From contig JAJUJL010000005.1 of the NCBI GenBank assembly GCA_029265355.1, positions 168,339-232,338 of the forward strand: a stretch of 64,000 nt of DNA, given 5' to 3'. The position numbers and the translations under genes are program-made. Every line of letters starts with the position of its first letter. The first letter of the stretch is position 1. A model generated the notes under the pieces. That model saw nothing but the letters and a program-made list of their open reading frames with translations. It was not told the DNA's origin and searched no databases. Origin of the DNA: Chloroflexota bacterium (lineage in GTDB: Bacteria; Chloroflexota; Anaerolineae; Anaerolineales; UBA4823). Positions 54,650-64,000 of the stretch are shown in pieces.

Positions 54650-56362
54650 TTAATTTGTTGGTGAAATCTCGCTGGTGCTTTTGGCTGTTGGCGCGGGCCG
54701 GCGCCCCACCCAGCGCGCCAGTCCTGCGGAGATGGCGCACAAAACGAGGCCCAGCCCGGCGATTATCAAGATCTGGATCAGCGAGATGAATGCCAGGAAC
54801 ATGCTCGGAAAGTGTGGCAAGGTCCAGCGCGGGACGAAACCATTGAGCCAAAAGCTGACCCAGACAGGCAGCGAAAGCAGGTAAAGCACCGCCAGGGTCA
54901 GCTCCAGCGAGGCAATACTGGCCCGGAGAGGCGCCTGTTGCAGGCTTTGTGTTTGCCAGGTGTACACCAGCCAGGCCGCTGCCAGCGCCAGGCCAGCGGT
55001 GATGGCGCTGTAAGTGATGATATCACTGGCGCTGACCACCGAGCTGAGCGAGTAAGTGCGCCTGTCCACCACGGCGTAGCGCAGGTTGAAAGCCGCCAGG
55101 TAGACCAATCCAGCGGCCAACAGCCACAACGCCTGCCGGCGGGAACGGCGCAGCAGCCACAGACAGGGCAGCAAGGCGCCTGCCAGCGCTGGCAGTAAGC
55201 GCAGCAGCCGCTCTCGATTCAGTCGCGATTGGCGAGCATTTTCGAGCGCCGCCTGGTACACGCCAACGATTTCCTCCACCCCGTTTACGCCCGGTTTAAG
55301 CGGCAGGCTTTGATCGCCGATGCCTTTGCGGTATGCCGCCAGCAGCGCCGCCTGCTGCTGCTCCAGCGCGGTTGGCAGGGCAGCCAGGGCGCTTTCCGGT
55401 AAGTCGAGCATGGCGGTGAGCACCTTTCCCTGGCTGGCAGCCGGCAAGCTGGCGCCCAACAGGGCTGCCAGGGTCGGCGCCACATCCACCATCTGAATAT
55501 CTCCGTAGTTGCCTGGTCGTACGCCGGCGCCAGCGAGCACGAACGGTTCGATCAGCACCACCGCCTCCGTGCCGCCGTGCCCACCGCGGTCAATCTGCCC
55601 GTGATCGCTGAGCACCAGCAGCGTGTCCTGGCTCAAGTCCAGGGCTGAGGCAATTTCGGCGATCAAATCATCGGCGCGGCGGGCGGCTTCGTTCCAGCGC
55701 GGGTCGCGCGGGCCGCCCTCGTGATGCCCGGCATAATCCACCTGGTCGATGTGAATCAGCACCAGTTGGATATCTCCAGCATGCAGCCAGGGCAAGGCGG
55801 CTTCCACCACCTGGCGATCAGCCCGCTGGTCTTCGCCGGCGGTGTAGAAATGGGCGTCGACGGCCTCTTGGGGCACCAGCTTCTCGAACCAGTAATAGGC
55901 TGATATGGCGGTTCTCAAGCCTGCCCGGTGCGCTGCAGAGAACAGGTTATCCTGAGTCCAGGTGGGTATGTCTTCGTATTCCAGGTTGAAAGCCGGTCCG
56001 TCGCTGATATCCGGCCAGGCGCCGGTGAAGAGCACCGAATAGCCAGGCGCAGAGTAAGAAGGCGGGCGGCTGTGCATTGTCGCTGAGGCGCCTTGTTGGC
56101 GCAAATGGTTCAAAAAGGGCATCACCCGCGGGTCGGCGGCCGTATCGGCGCGCAGCGCGTCCACCAGGATGAATACCACCCGCTGCGTGGGTCTCTCCGC
56201 TGGGTCGCCGATCAGCGTTAAGCCAGCCTGCGGCCGATTCTCGCTCAGCGGCGAGCGATAGGCATACAGGGAATCGATCAGCCCGGTAGCCCATAGATAT
56301 GCGCCGGCTGCCAGTGCAATGCAAACCAGCAACCGAACGAGCAGCGCGACCGAGTTTCTCAT
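54650..56362 (-). CDS. Alkaline-phosphatase-superfamily membrane protein (phosphodiesterase/phosphotransferase)
   Basis: FILVDALRAD, PSYSAP, DQVDYAGH, LSDHGQIDRGGHGG; multiple C-terminal TMs. Confidence 0.8.
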   Translation of the reverse strand: MRNSVALLVRLLVCIALAAGAYLWATGLIDSLYAYRSPLSENRPQAGLTLIGDPAERPTQRVVFILVDALRADTAADPRVMPFLNHLRQQGASATMHSRPPSYSAPGYSVLFTGAWPDISDGPAFNLEYEDIPTWTQDNLFSAAHRAGLRTAISAYYWFEKLVPQEAVDAHFYTAGEDQRADRQVVEAALPWLHAGDIQLVLIHIDQVDYAGHHEGGPRDPRWNEAARRADDLIAEIASALDLSQDTLLVLSDHGQIDRGGHGGTEAVVLIEPFVLAGAGVRPGNYGDIQMVDVAPTLAALLGASLPAASQGKVLTAMLDLPESALAALPTALEQQQAALLAAYRKGIGDQSLPLKPGVNGVEEIVGVYQAALENARQSRLNRERLLRLLPALAGALLPCLWLLRRSRRQALWLLAAGLVYLAAFNLRYAVVDRRTYSLSSVVSASDIITYSAITAGLALAAAWLVYTWQTQSLQQAPLRASIASLELTLAVLYLLSLPVWVSFWLNGFVPRWTLPHFPSMFLAFISLIQILIIAGLGLVLCAISAGLARWVGRRPAPTAKSTSEISPTN

Positions 56363-56412
56363 CTTCGCCCTAACCCGAATTTGTCGCCGGATATCCAGTC
56401 AGTTTTAACGGA

Positions 56413-57573
56413 TTATACCCCTAAGGGTACCAGGTCATTCAAGTAAACCCAACCCTGCAGGTACTTGAAGCGCGGCACAGGCTGCAGCAGGCCCACCATC
56501 GCCAGGTCTCCTTGCACGCTCAAAATGCGCACCGGCGTCTCTTCCGGGATATATTCGATCGGATGGCGCGGCGGCTCGGGTCCTGGCACCACGCCGATGT
56601 TCTTGTAAATCTCAGCGTGCCTGGCGATCGTGCTATTCTGCACCAATTCGGCCTTGACCCAGCCTTGCAGGTTGAACAACGTGCCCAACAGGCCGGGCAC
56701 CTTTACCAGCATCCACTGATCAGAGGTCTTGATCACCTGCTTGTTCTTCTTTTTTGGCACATCTTTCTTCTTGGCCTTTTTTCCGGTCTGCTCGATCACC
56801 TCTACCTTGAACGAGGTAACCGTTTTCTGCACTTTGACCTGTGTGCCGGGGTCCAAAGGGCTTTGCGCCAGGCGCGGCGGCAAGTGGGGAGGCAGCCCGC
56901 CTTGATCCAGGTAAACGCGCGCCGGTCGTTTCATGGTGTAGCGTTCGATGATGGGTTGTTGGCGGCCGAAGAGCTGCTCGCGAAAATGTTGCAAATCGAA
57001 GGCTGGTCCTGGGTCCACCTTGGCGACGTGAATATCCTCGTGGCCAAGAACTTCCTGCAGGTGGTAGCGCTCTACGATCAGGCGCGAAACCTCCAGCGCC
57101 GCCTCGATCTGCACTTTGGGAAAGATCTGCCAGCCGTTCTTGGCGAAATTCTTCCAATGCGCAGCCACCAGCACCTGGTCGTCTGGATAGACCGCGCCGG
57201 ATTTGGCCACCCAGCCGTTGGGGCCTGGCTTCAAGGCGCCGTCGTTGTCCAGTTCGATGCCGATCGAATATCTGTTGATCAAACGTCGCCCTTCCCAGAA
57301 GCTGAAACCCGCATGCCAGGCGATGCGGTCGAATGGCACCAGTTGAGTGATTTGCCCATCGCGCCCGATGACCAGGTGAGCAGAAACCCGTTTGTCGGGA
57401 TTGCCCGGCTGAGGATTGGTCAGCCACTCGATAGCCCCTTGAGCGTTGGAGCCAGCGGTGTAGTGCATGATCAGAAAGACGTGCTCGACCGCAGGGCCAA
57501 TGTTTGGGCTGGGAATAAAGGGGTAGGGCGTGCCATCATCGTGGTACAAACGATGATCGTCGTGGATTTTCAT
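56413..57573 (-). CDS. N-acetylmuramoyl-L-alanine amidase (Amidase_2) with C-terminal SH3-like region
   Basis: IMHYTAG, VSAHLVI, AWHAG, SIGIEL, GHEDI..KVDPG. Confidence 0.88.
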   Translation of the reverse strand: MKIHDDHRLYHDDGTPYPFIPSPNIGPAVEHVFLIMHYTAGSNAQGAIEWLTNPQPGNPDKRVSAHLVIGRDGQITQLVPFDRIAWHAGFSFWEGRRLINRYSIGIELDNDGALKPGPNGWVAKSGAVYPDDQVLVAAHWKNFAKNGWQIFPKVQIEAALEVSRLIVERYHLQEVLGHEDIHVAKVDPGPAFDLQHFREQLFGRQQPIIERYTMKRPARVYLDQGGLPPHLPPRLAQSPLDPGTQVKVQKTVTSFKVEVIEQTGKKAKKKDVPKKKNKQVIKTSDQWMLVKVPGLLGTLFNLQGWVKAELVQNSTIARHAEIYKNIGVVPGPEPPRHPIEYIPEETPVRILSVQGDLAMVGLLQPVPRFKYLQGWVYLNDLVPLGV

Positions 57574-57913
57574 GGTTTTCTCCAAAGTGGTTGGCGAGAC
57601 TGCAAGAACGGCGGATCGGAATGGCCAGAGCAAAGCGGCAGGGCAGCGGTGAATTCTGGCGTTGTGTTGATATTATAAGACACATTGAGTCTAAATTATA
57701 GAGTCTTTGTTGCCGTTGAGAAAACGCCTGTACTGGGGCGGAATTTGGACAGGGCATCTTCGTTATCCTATTCATAGGGCAGAGCTTGCACCCGCATTTC
57801 GACCATGGCAAACGTATTCATTAGCGAACCGCAGCAGAGTAATAAAGTGCTACAATACTCGATAATAATAGGATAAATCATGTCGCAATCATGCTTCGAC
57901 CAGGAGGTAACGG

Positions 57914-58474
57914 ATGGATACACTGGCTGCCACGCTTCAGAAAATCAAGGATGCTGGACTCTCGCCCACCCTACAGGTGAGCGTTCACCTCTCCAAGAAT
58001 GAGTTGGACGAGGTCAAAGAGATCAGATCTCGCCTGGCAAAGCAAGGGATCAGCTCAGAGGTCTATTTGGTCATCAGCGTGGCAGATCAGGCTGGCGAGC
58101 CGGGAGGCGGGCCTGTCTCCCCACCTGTCGAAGGGCAAGCTGGCGAACCGTCAGGTGAGCCGGGGCAGGCTGAAGCGATTGAAAAAGAAGGCTTCCTGGC
58201 GGTGGTGCGTTCAGCTAAGGTGAACTGTATGAACTTCACCCGCCGCGACAAAGCTGGCAAGCCGGTCATGGAGCCGGTCATGCCGCGCGTGCAGCTCTTC
58301 CAGGGAAACACGCTGCGCCTTTCAGCAAAGCATAAGGTCAGCGATAAAGACTCCGGGGACGGTCATATCACCGCCACCGGAGGTTTGAAGTTCTATTTCA
58401 TCACCGAGAGCCCCCAGAATCGGTCAGCGGAGGGGCTGTATATCCGAGAGGAAGAGGTTACGAAATTGCCATAG
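57914..58474 (+). CDS. Hypothetical protein
   Basis: ORF with AGGAGG RBS, divergent from the amidase; no clear family. Confidence 0.65.
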   Translation: MDTLAATLQKIKDAGLSPTLQVSVHLSKNELDEVKEIRSRLAKQGISSEVYLVISVADQAGEPGGGPVSPPVEGQAGEPSGEPGQAEAIEKEGFLAVVRSAKVNCMNFTRRDKAGKPVMEPVMPRVQLFQGNTLRLSAKHKVSDKDSGDGHITATGGLKFYFITESPQNRSAEGLYIREEEVTKLP

Positions 58475-58906
58475 CCTGTTTTGGGATGGTCAGCCTGCCG
58501 TTGTGGATCATCGCCAGGCCATCCCGGTCGATGACGCCAGCATCCACTACGGCTTTTCTTCCCATCCGGCGGAGCTCCAGGTGAGTCTGTTCGCCGGCGG
58601 TTAGACGCGCCTGATAACCCTTCTCCCGTATGATGCCGGGTTGCTTGCCAGGTGCGGCGATCTTTGCGCAATCTGCTGGCACAGGATTTGCCAACGAGTA
58701 GTTTTGTGGTAAAAACATGACTACCCGATGATGCGTGGCAGCAAGCCGTCTTGGCGGCAAATTTTCGAAATCAATACTCTGCAGACGGTCGCTGTTGCTG
58801 CCCACCCTGGCAGCATGGGAGCGGCGACCAACAGGGCGCCGCAGAGAGACTGGCCGCAGCTACGCTCAATCAGGCGTCCGACATCTTCAAACCCGGGAGA
58901 AGAGTT

Positions 58907-59527
58907 ATGTTCCGCTTTTTCAAGAAAAGGCAGGACGCCTTTTTACGCCTGATCATCCAGCAGGCGGAGCTGACTGCCAAAGGCACTGATCTGCTGAAGA
59001 AATACATGGACGCGCCATCTGCCGAGGTCAGTGCACAATTGACCAGCACTGAAAAAGAGGCGGATGAAGTGCGGCGTATCCTGATCGATGAACTGAACCG
59101 CACCTTTATCACGCCCATCGATCGCGAGGATATCCATGCCCTGTCGCGCGCCATCGATGATATGCTGGACTACGCTTACTCGACAGTCACAGAAATGGAA
59201 GTGCTCAAAGTGCGGCCCACCCCACACATGGTGCGCATTGCCGGGCTGTTGCATGACGCCGCGGCCGAGATTCTACTGGCTACGCAGCGTTTGGAACACC
59301 ATCCCAACGTGGCCAACGACCACGCCCAGCGCGCCAAGGCGCTCGAGAACCGGGTGGAGAGTGTGTATCGCGAGGCGCTGGCCGAGCTGTTCAGCGGTCC
59401 GGAAGATGTGCAACATATCGTCAAAATGTTGAAAAAGCGCGAGGTGTACCGTCACCTGAGCAACTCGGCAGACCGGGGGGACGAAGCCGCCAACGTGATT
59501 GCCGATATCGTGGTTAAAATCACTTAG
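58907..59527 (+). CDS. DUF47 phosphate-transport regulator (PhoU-like)
   Basis: EKEADEVRR...LNRTFITPIDREDI..L...DD..D; adjacent to a PiT gene. Confidence 0.9.
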   Translation: MFRFFKKRQDAFLRLIIQQAELTAKGTDLLKKYMDAPSAEVSAQLTSTEKEADEVRRILIDELNRTFITPIDREDIHALSRAIDDMLDYAYSTVTEMEVLKVRPTPHMVRIAGLLHDAAAEILLATQRLEHHPNVANDHAQRAKALENRVESVYREALAELFSGPEDVQHIVKMLKKREVYRHLSNSADRGDEAANVIADIVVKIT

Positions 59528-59539
59528 GCGGGAGAGCGT

Positions 59540-60514
59540 ATGCCGGACGCGCTGGTCATTTTGATCATATTGGCGGTGCTGTTCGATTTTCTGAACGGCA
59601 TTCACGATTCTTCCAATATCGTGGCGACAATGATCGCCTCGCGCGCCTTCGAGCCGCGCCTGGCGTTAGGCGCAACCGCCGTCGCGCACTTCGTCGCCCC
59701 CTTCCTGTTCGGCGTGGCGGTGGCGAAGACCATCGGGCACGAGATCGTGGCTGCCCAAGCCATCACGATGCAGGTGATCATTGCCGCGCTGCTGTCTGCC
59801 ATCGCCTGGAACCTGATCACCTGGTTCTTCGGCATACCTTCCAGCTCATCGCACGCTCTGATCGGCGGCATACTGGGCGCGGTGGCTGTCTCTGCCGGGC
59901 TGAGTGTGGTGAAGCTGGACGGGTTGGTGAAAGTGTTCAGCGCTCTGTTTGCCTCTCCGGTGGTCGGGTTGGTGGGCGGCTTTCTCTTCGCCCGGCTGGT
60001 ATTTGCGCTGGCGGCGAACGCCTCGCCGCGCATCAACTGGTTCTTTAAGCGCGCCCAACTGGTCACCGCCCTGGCGCTGGCTTTCAGCCACGGCACCAAT
60101 GACGCCCAGAAGACGATGGGCATCATCACCCTGGGACTGGTGGTGACGGGCTCATTGAGCAGTTTTGCTGTGCCGCTGTGGGTGGTGGCGATCAGCGCAG
60201 GGGCAATCGCCCTGGGCACCGCCCTGGGCGGCTGGCGCCTGATCCGCACGCTGGGCGGCAGGTTTTATAAGCTCAAACCGGTGGATGGCTTCAACGCCCA
60301 GGCCACCTCCACCATCATCATCCTGGCGGCTTCGCTGTTCGGCGGACCAGTGAGCACCACGCATGTGGTCAGCACCGCCATCATGGGCGTAGGGGCTGCT
60401 GAACGTCTCAACAAGGTGCGCTGGGGGGCGGCGGGGGAGATTTTGATCGCCTGGCTGATTACCATTCCGGCAACAGCCCTGGCGGCAGCGGGAATTTATT
60501 GGCTGCTCGTGTGA
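59540..60514 (+). CDS. pit: Inorganic phosphate transporter (PiT family)
   Basis: NGIHDSSNIVAT, PSSSSHAL, SHGTNDAQK, PVSTTH. Confidence 0.95.
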   Translation: MPDALVILIILAVLFDFLNGIHDSSNIVATMIASRAFEPRLALGATAVAHFVAPFLFGVAVAKTIGHEIVAAQAITMQVIIAALLSAIAWNLITWFFGIPSSSSHALIGGILGAVAVSAGLSVVKLDGLVKVFSALFASPVVGLVGGFLFARLVFALAANASPRINWFFKRAQLVTALALAFSHGTNDAQKTMGIITLGLVVTGSLSSFAVPLWVVAISAGAIALGTALGGWRLIRTLGGRFYKLKPVDGFNAQATSTIIILAASLFGGPVSTTHVVSTAIMGVGAAERLNKVRWGAAGEILIAWLITIPATALAAAGIYWLLV

Positions 60515-60581
60515 GGCGCAAATTCTCGCGGCATCAGCCGCAGTTCGTGCGCAGCTTTCTGTCCCTCGGTTTCACAACGGA

Positions 60582-61751
60582 GTGAACGCTGCCATGCTTT
60601 ACCTGGAAGGCTGCAACCTGCTCAATCCGGACGGACGCTTGAAAGACGCCGCTGTCGTCATCGAAGGCGGGCGCATTCGGGCGGTCGGGTCGCGCCTGGA
60701 AACCCCTCCCCCGCTCGGAGCAAAGCGACTGCTCTGCCGCGACTTGCTGCTCTCACCGGGTTGGATCGACTTGCAGATCAACGGCGGCTTCGGCTTCGAC
60801 TTCACCGCCCAGCCAGAGTCGATCTGGCAGGTGGGAGCGCGCCTGCCAGAGCACGGCGTAACTGCCTTCCTCCCCACCATCATCACTTCGCCGCTCGCCG
60901 CGCTGCAGGCTGCCATGCAGGCGCTGCGCGCTGGGCCTCCGGTCGGTTACCGCGGCGCTCTTCCGCTCGGCCTGCACGTGGAGGGGCCGTTCCTCAACCC
61001 AGAAAAACGCGGCGCCCACAACCCGGCGCATCTGCGCCTGCCCAGCCTGGAACTGGCGAAAGACTGGTTGCCTCAAAATGGTGTGCGGTTGGTAACCTTG
61101 GCGCCCGAGCTGCCGGGAGCGTTGGAAGTGATCCGCTTCCTGGCGCAGCAAGGGGTAGTCGTCAGCGCCGGGCATTCCCTGGCTTCCTGGGAGCAAGCCC
61201 AGGCGGCTATCGAGGCCGGCGTCACCTGCGGCACTCACCTGTTCAACGCCATGCCGCCGCTCGATCACCGCTCTCCGGGACTGGCAGCAGCTTTGCTCAC
61301 CGATCCCAGGATGCGCTTTGGCATCATCCTGGATGGCATTCATGTTCATCCCGGCGCAGCGGCGCTTGCCTGGCGCGCCGCCGGCAAGCGCTTGTTCCTG
61401 GTAACCGACGCCATGGCAGCCTTGGGCATGGACCCCGGCGAGTACGTTCTGGGCGACCAGCAGGTGGTGGTGGACGACACCACCGCTCGTCTACGGGATG
61501 GTTGCCTGGCGGGCAGTATCCTGCGCATGGACCAGGCTGTGCGCAACCTGGCGGAGTACTGTGGATGTACTCCGGAGCAAGCTTGCGCTGCTGCCTCCAC
61601 TGCGCCAGCGAGTGTGATTGGGGAAAGTGGGTGCGGGCAGATCTCGCCCGGAGCCAGGGCCGATCTGACTGTTCTTACGCCAGAGCTGCAGGTCGTAGCC
61701 ACCGTCGTTGGCGGTGAGATCGTTTTCATGAAGGGTAACCTATGGGACTAA
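60582..61751 (+). CDS. nagA: N-acetylglucosamine-6-phosphate deacetylase
   Basis: PGWIDLQING, LHVEGPFL, VSAGHS, THLFNAM, DGIHVHP, VTDAM, LAGS. Confidence 0.96.
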   Translation: MNAAMLYLEGCNLLNPDGRLKDAAVVIEGGRIRAVGSRLETPPPLGAKRLLCRDLLLSPGWIDLQINGGFGFDFTAQPESIWQVGARLPEHGVTAFLPTIITSPLAALQAAMQALRAGPPVGYRGALPLGLHVEGPFLNPEKRGAHNPAHLRLPSLELAKDWLPQNGVRLVTLAPELPGALEVIRFLAQQGVVVSAGHSLASWEQAQAAIEAGVTCGTHLFNAMPPLDHRSPGLAAALLTDPRMRFGIILDGIHVHPGAAALAWRAAGKRLFLVTDAMAALGMDPGEYVLGDQQVVVDDTTARLRDGCLAGSILRMDQAVRNLAEYCGCTPEQACAAASTAPASVIGESGCGQISPGARADLTVLTPELQVVATVVGGEIVFMKGNLWD

Positions 61752-62058
61752 GAGACGAAATTTTCGAGCAGCCGCAGGTCTTCGAGCGCCTGCTGGCGAA
61801 TTGCTAGGCAATGATCAATGCGTTGATAGACCAAACCAGGCAACCGCCGATTTTCAACACGGCCGATATCGCAGGTAGAGCCGGGTTTCCTGGCGCTGGC
61901 GGTGGTTTACCGCGGGGCGCATGAACATTGCCGCTTGCACCAGCGAGGGGGGACGGTTATTTAGCACATCCAATGTCACCCGATTTTATCCATGGACGCC
62001 TGGCTGGCGCAATGCGAAACCCATGCCGCCTGTGATGCGGTCACCTGACCTCGCCCTA

Positions 62059-62087
62059 TTGACAATCTTTTCCTCCGAATCTACACT
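62059..62087 (+). promoter_or_regulatory. Sigma70 promoter giving an apparently leaderless yifB mRNA
   Basis: TTGACA-N17-TACACT, ATG 7 nt downstream, no Shine-Dalgarno. Confidence 0.65.
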
Positions 62088-62093
62088 TACACC

Positions 62094-63623
62094 ATGTTAG
62101 CACGCGTCTACTCTTGCGCCGTGATCGGCCTCGAAGGCGTCATCGTCGAGGTGGAAGTCGATTCCGCCGGCGGGTTGCCCGTTATGGACATCGTCGGGCT
62201 GCCGGACGCGGCGGTGAAGGAGTCACGCGAGCGCGTCCGGGCGGCGATCAAGAACTCCGACCTGCCCTACCCGCGCAAGCGCGTGGTGGTCAACCTGGCG
62301 CCGGCAGCGGTGCGCAAAGAAGGGCCGACCTACGATCTGCCCATCGCCCTGGGCGTTTTGGTGATGAGCGAGCTGCTGCCGCAGCAGGCGCTGGATGGGG
62401 CGTTGGTGGTGGGCGAGCTTTCGCTGGATGGCATCGTTCGCCACGCGCCGGGTATCCTGCCAATTGCGGCGGTCGCCAGGCAGCAGGGTTTCCAGCGCGT
62501 TTTCGTTCCGCAAGCGGATGCCGCCGAGGCGGCGCTCATCCCCGGTCTGGAAGTCATCCCGGTGCGCACGCTGGGCGAGCTGTTTGCCCACCTGAGCGGC
62601 GAGCAGGTGATCCAACCGCACCCGCCCACGCAGGTCGAGTCGCTGCCTGCCCCGGCGCAGACCGATTTTTCCGAGATCAAGGGCCAGGAGCACGTGAAGC
62701 GCGCCCTGGAGGTGGCAGCGGCGGGTGGGCACAACGTATTGATGATCGGCCCGCCTGGCGCTGGCAAGACCCTGCTGGCGCGGGCGCTGCCGGGCATCCT
62801 GCCGCGCCTGAGCATCGAGGAGGCGCTGGATGTCACCCGCATCTACTCGGTCGCTGACCAGCTCCCGCCGGATACGCCGCTCATCCGGGCGCGCCCCTTC
62901 CGCTCGCCGCACCACACTATCTCGCATGCCGGGCTGGTGGGCGGCGGCAACGTGCCCCACCCAGGCGAGATCTCGCTGGCGCACCGCGGCGTGCTCTTCC
63001 TGGACGAGCTGCCCGAGTTCAGCATGCGTGTGCTGGAGGTGATGCGCCAGCCAATGGAAGATAAAGTGGTCACCATCGCCCGCGCCCAGGGTTCGCTGAC
63101 TTTTCCCGCCAATTTCCAGCTCATCGCCGCCATGAATCCCTGCCCGTGCGGTTACTACGGCGACCCGGTCAAGGCCTGCACCTGCTCTTCGGCCATGGTG
63201 ACCAAGTATCAAAAGCGCATCTCCGGCCCTCTCCTGGATCGCATCGATATCCACATCGAGGTGCCACGCGTGGAATATGATAAGCTCTCGCAAGACCGCC
63301 TGGGCGAGCCGTCCGCCACCGTGCAGGCGCGGGTGGAAGCTGCCCGCCAGCGGCAGCGCCGGCGCTTTACCGGGCAGGACGGCATCGCCAGCAACGCCGA
63401 CATGCGCCCGGCAGAGGTGCGCCAGCACTGCAAGCTGGATGACGCCGGCAACACGCTGATGCGCACCGCGATGAGGCAACTGCAGCTCTCGGCGCGCGCC
63501 TATCACCGCATCCTGAAGCTAGCGCGCACGATCGCAGATTTGGCGGGGGCGGAGAGCATAACGCCGGTGCACCTGGCGGAGGCACTGCAGTACCGGCCGC
63601 GGGCGCTGATGGATAACGGGTGA
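62094..63623 (+). CDS. comM: YifB/ComM Mg-chelatase-like AAA+ ATPase
   Basis: IVGLPDAAVKESRERV, VNLAPA, DIKGQ-like FSEIKGQE, GPPGAGKT, HRGVLFLDELPEF, AMNPCPCG, SGPLLDRID. Confidence 0.93.
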   Translation: MLARVYSCAVIGLEGVIVEVEVDSAGGLPVMDIVGLPDAAVKESRERVRAAIKNSDLPYPRKRVVVNLAPAAVRKEGPTYDLPIALGVLVMSELLPQQALDGALVVGELSLDGIVRHAPGILPIAAVARQQGFQRVFVPQADAAEAALIPGLEVIPVRTLGELFAHLSGEQVIQPHPPTQVESLPAPAQTDFSEIKGQEHVKRALEVAAAGGHNVLMIGPPGAGKTLLARALPGILPRLSIEEALDVTRIYSVADQLPPDTPLIRARPFRSPHHTISHAGLVGGGNVPHPGEISLAHRGVLFLDELPEFSMRVLEVMRQPMEDKVVTIARAQGSLTFPANFQLIAAMNPCPCGYYGDPVKACTCSSAMVTKYQKRISGPLLDRIDIHIEVPRVEYDKLSQDRLGEPSATVQARVEAARQRQRRRFTGQDGIASNADMRPAEVRQHCKLDDAGNTLMRTAMRQLQLSARAYHRILKLARTIADLAGAESITPVHLAEALQYRPRALMDNG

Positions 63624-63639
63624 GCCTTGCATTGATAAA

Positions 63640-64000
63640 ATGGGTTTTATGGTAACGCCCTCCATTTCGGATTATCTCGCCCAGTCTGCGCCCGGCATGT
63701 TGACGCTGGGCGGGGCGCGCATGGCCTTCCTGGATATCGAATCTGGCTTTTGGAGCCTGCGTCGCCAGGTGGAGGCCGCGCTGGGAGCAAAGGCGGCCAG
63801 CGAAATCTTTCAGCAGGCAGGCGCCAACGGGGGCGCTTCGTATGCCGCTGCGCAGGGACGCGCCGATGACCCGCAGGCGCAAGGCATGTTGTTCGCGCAA
63901 TGCCTCCGGGCTTACCAGGCCGCAGGATTCGGCCAGTTCGACATCGTGCAGGCTTCCTGGCCGCTCGGACGCGTGACGGTGCGGGCGTGGGGGGCTTTCG
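63640..64000 (+). CDS. XylR_N/V4R-domain protein (partial, runs off window)
   Basis: Manual translation GMLTLGGARMAFLDIESGFWSLRRQV...LG...AGANGG...AGFGQFDI, a V4R-type pattern. Confidence 0.65.
   Translation, partial: MGFMVTPSISDYLAQSAPGMLTLGGARMAFLDIESGFWSLRRQVEAALGAKAASEIFQQAGANGGASYAAAQGRADDPQAQGMLFAQCLRAYQAAGFGQFDIVQASWPLGRVTVRAWGAF

Noticed and set aside
58458-58805. 115-aa minus-strand ORF between the hypothetical gene and DUF47
   Set aside because: No RBS or motif; cannot be supported as a gene or a remnant.
61752-62050. Short interrupted ORF-like stretch after nagA
   Set aside because: Possibly a decayed gene, but no family could be recognised.
1-64000. CRISPR arrays, intact IS/transposases, prophage, rRNA
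   Set aside because: No regularly spaced repeats, transposase, integrase, phage or rRNA signatures were seen.

Overview
A mostly housekeeping chromosomal segment that looks like Chloroflexota, probably Anaerolineae (inferred from gene content and protein style). It holds about 50 CDS, one tRNA-Leu(CAA) and a SAM-I riboswitch ahead of a metB-like gene and an aspartate kinase. No intact transposase, prophage or CRISPR array was seen. The main signals are non-coding or cryptic. (1) A likely oriC at ~24.3-24.8 kb that is not next to dnaA. It has DnaA boxes and a Bacillus-like unwinding module (overlapping boxes, GC spacer, trios, AT tract), interleaved with three NrdR-box-like motifs; a parS pair lies ~10.5 kb away. 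(2) A chelatase D-like gene split by an A10 run, where a -1 shift fuses the AAA+ and VWA halves. (3) A REP-hairpin doublet plus RHS-core remnant module found at two loci 36 kb apart. (4) A LexA-type S24 autopeptidase carrying a helical TPR-like N-terminus instead of an HTH. (5) A candidate multi-stem RNA upstream of a patatin gene. All assignments come from reading motifs by eye; no database searches were run.
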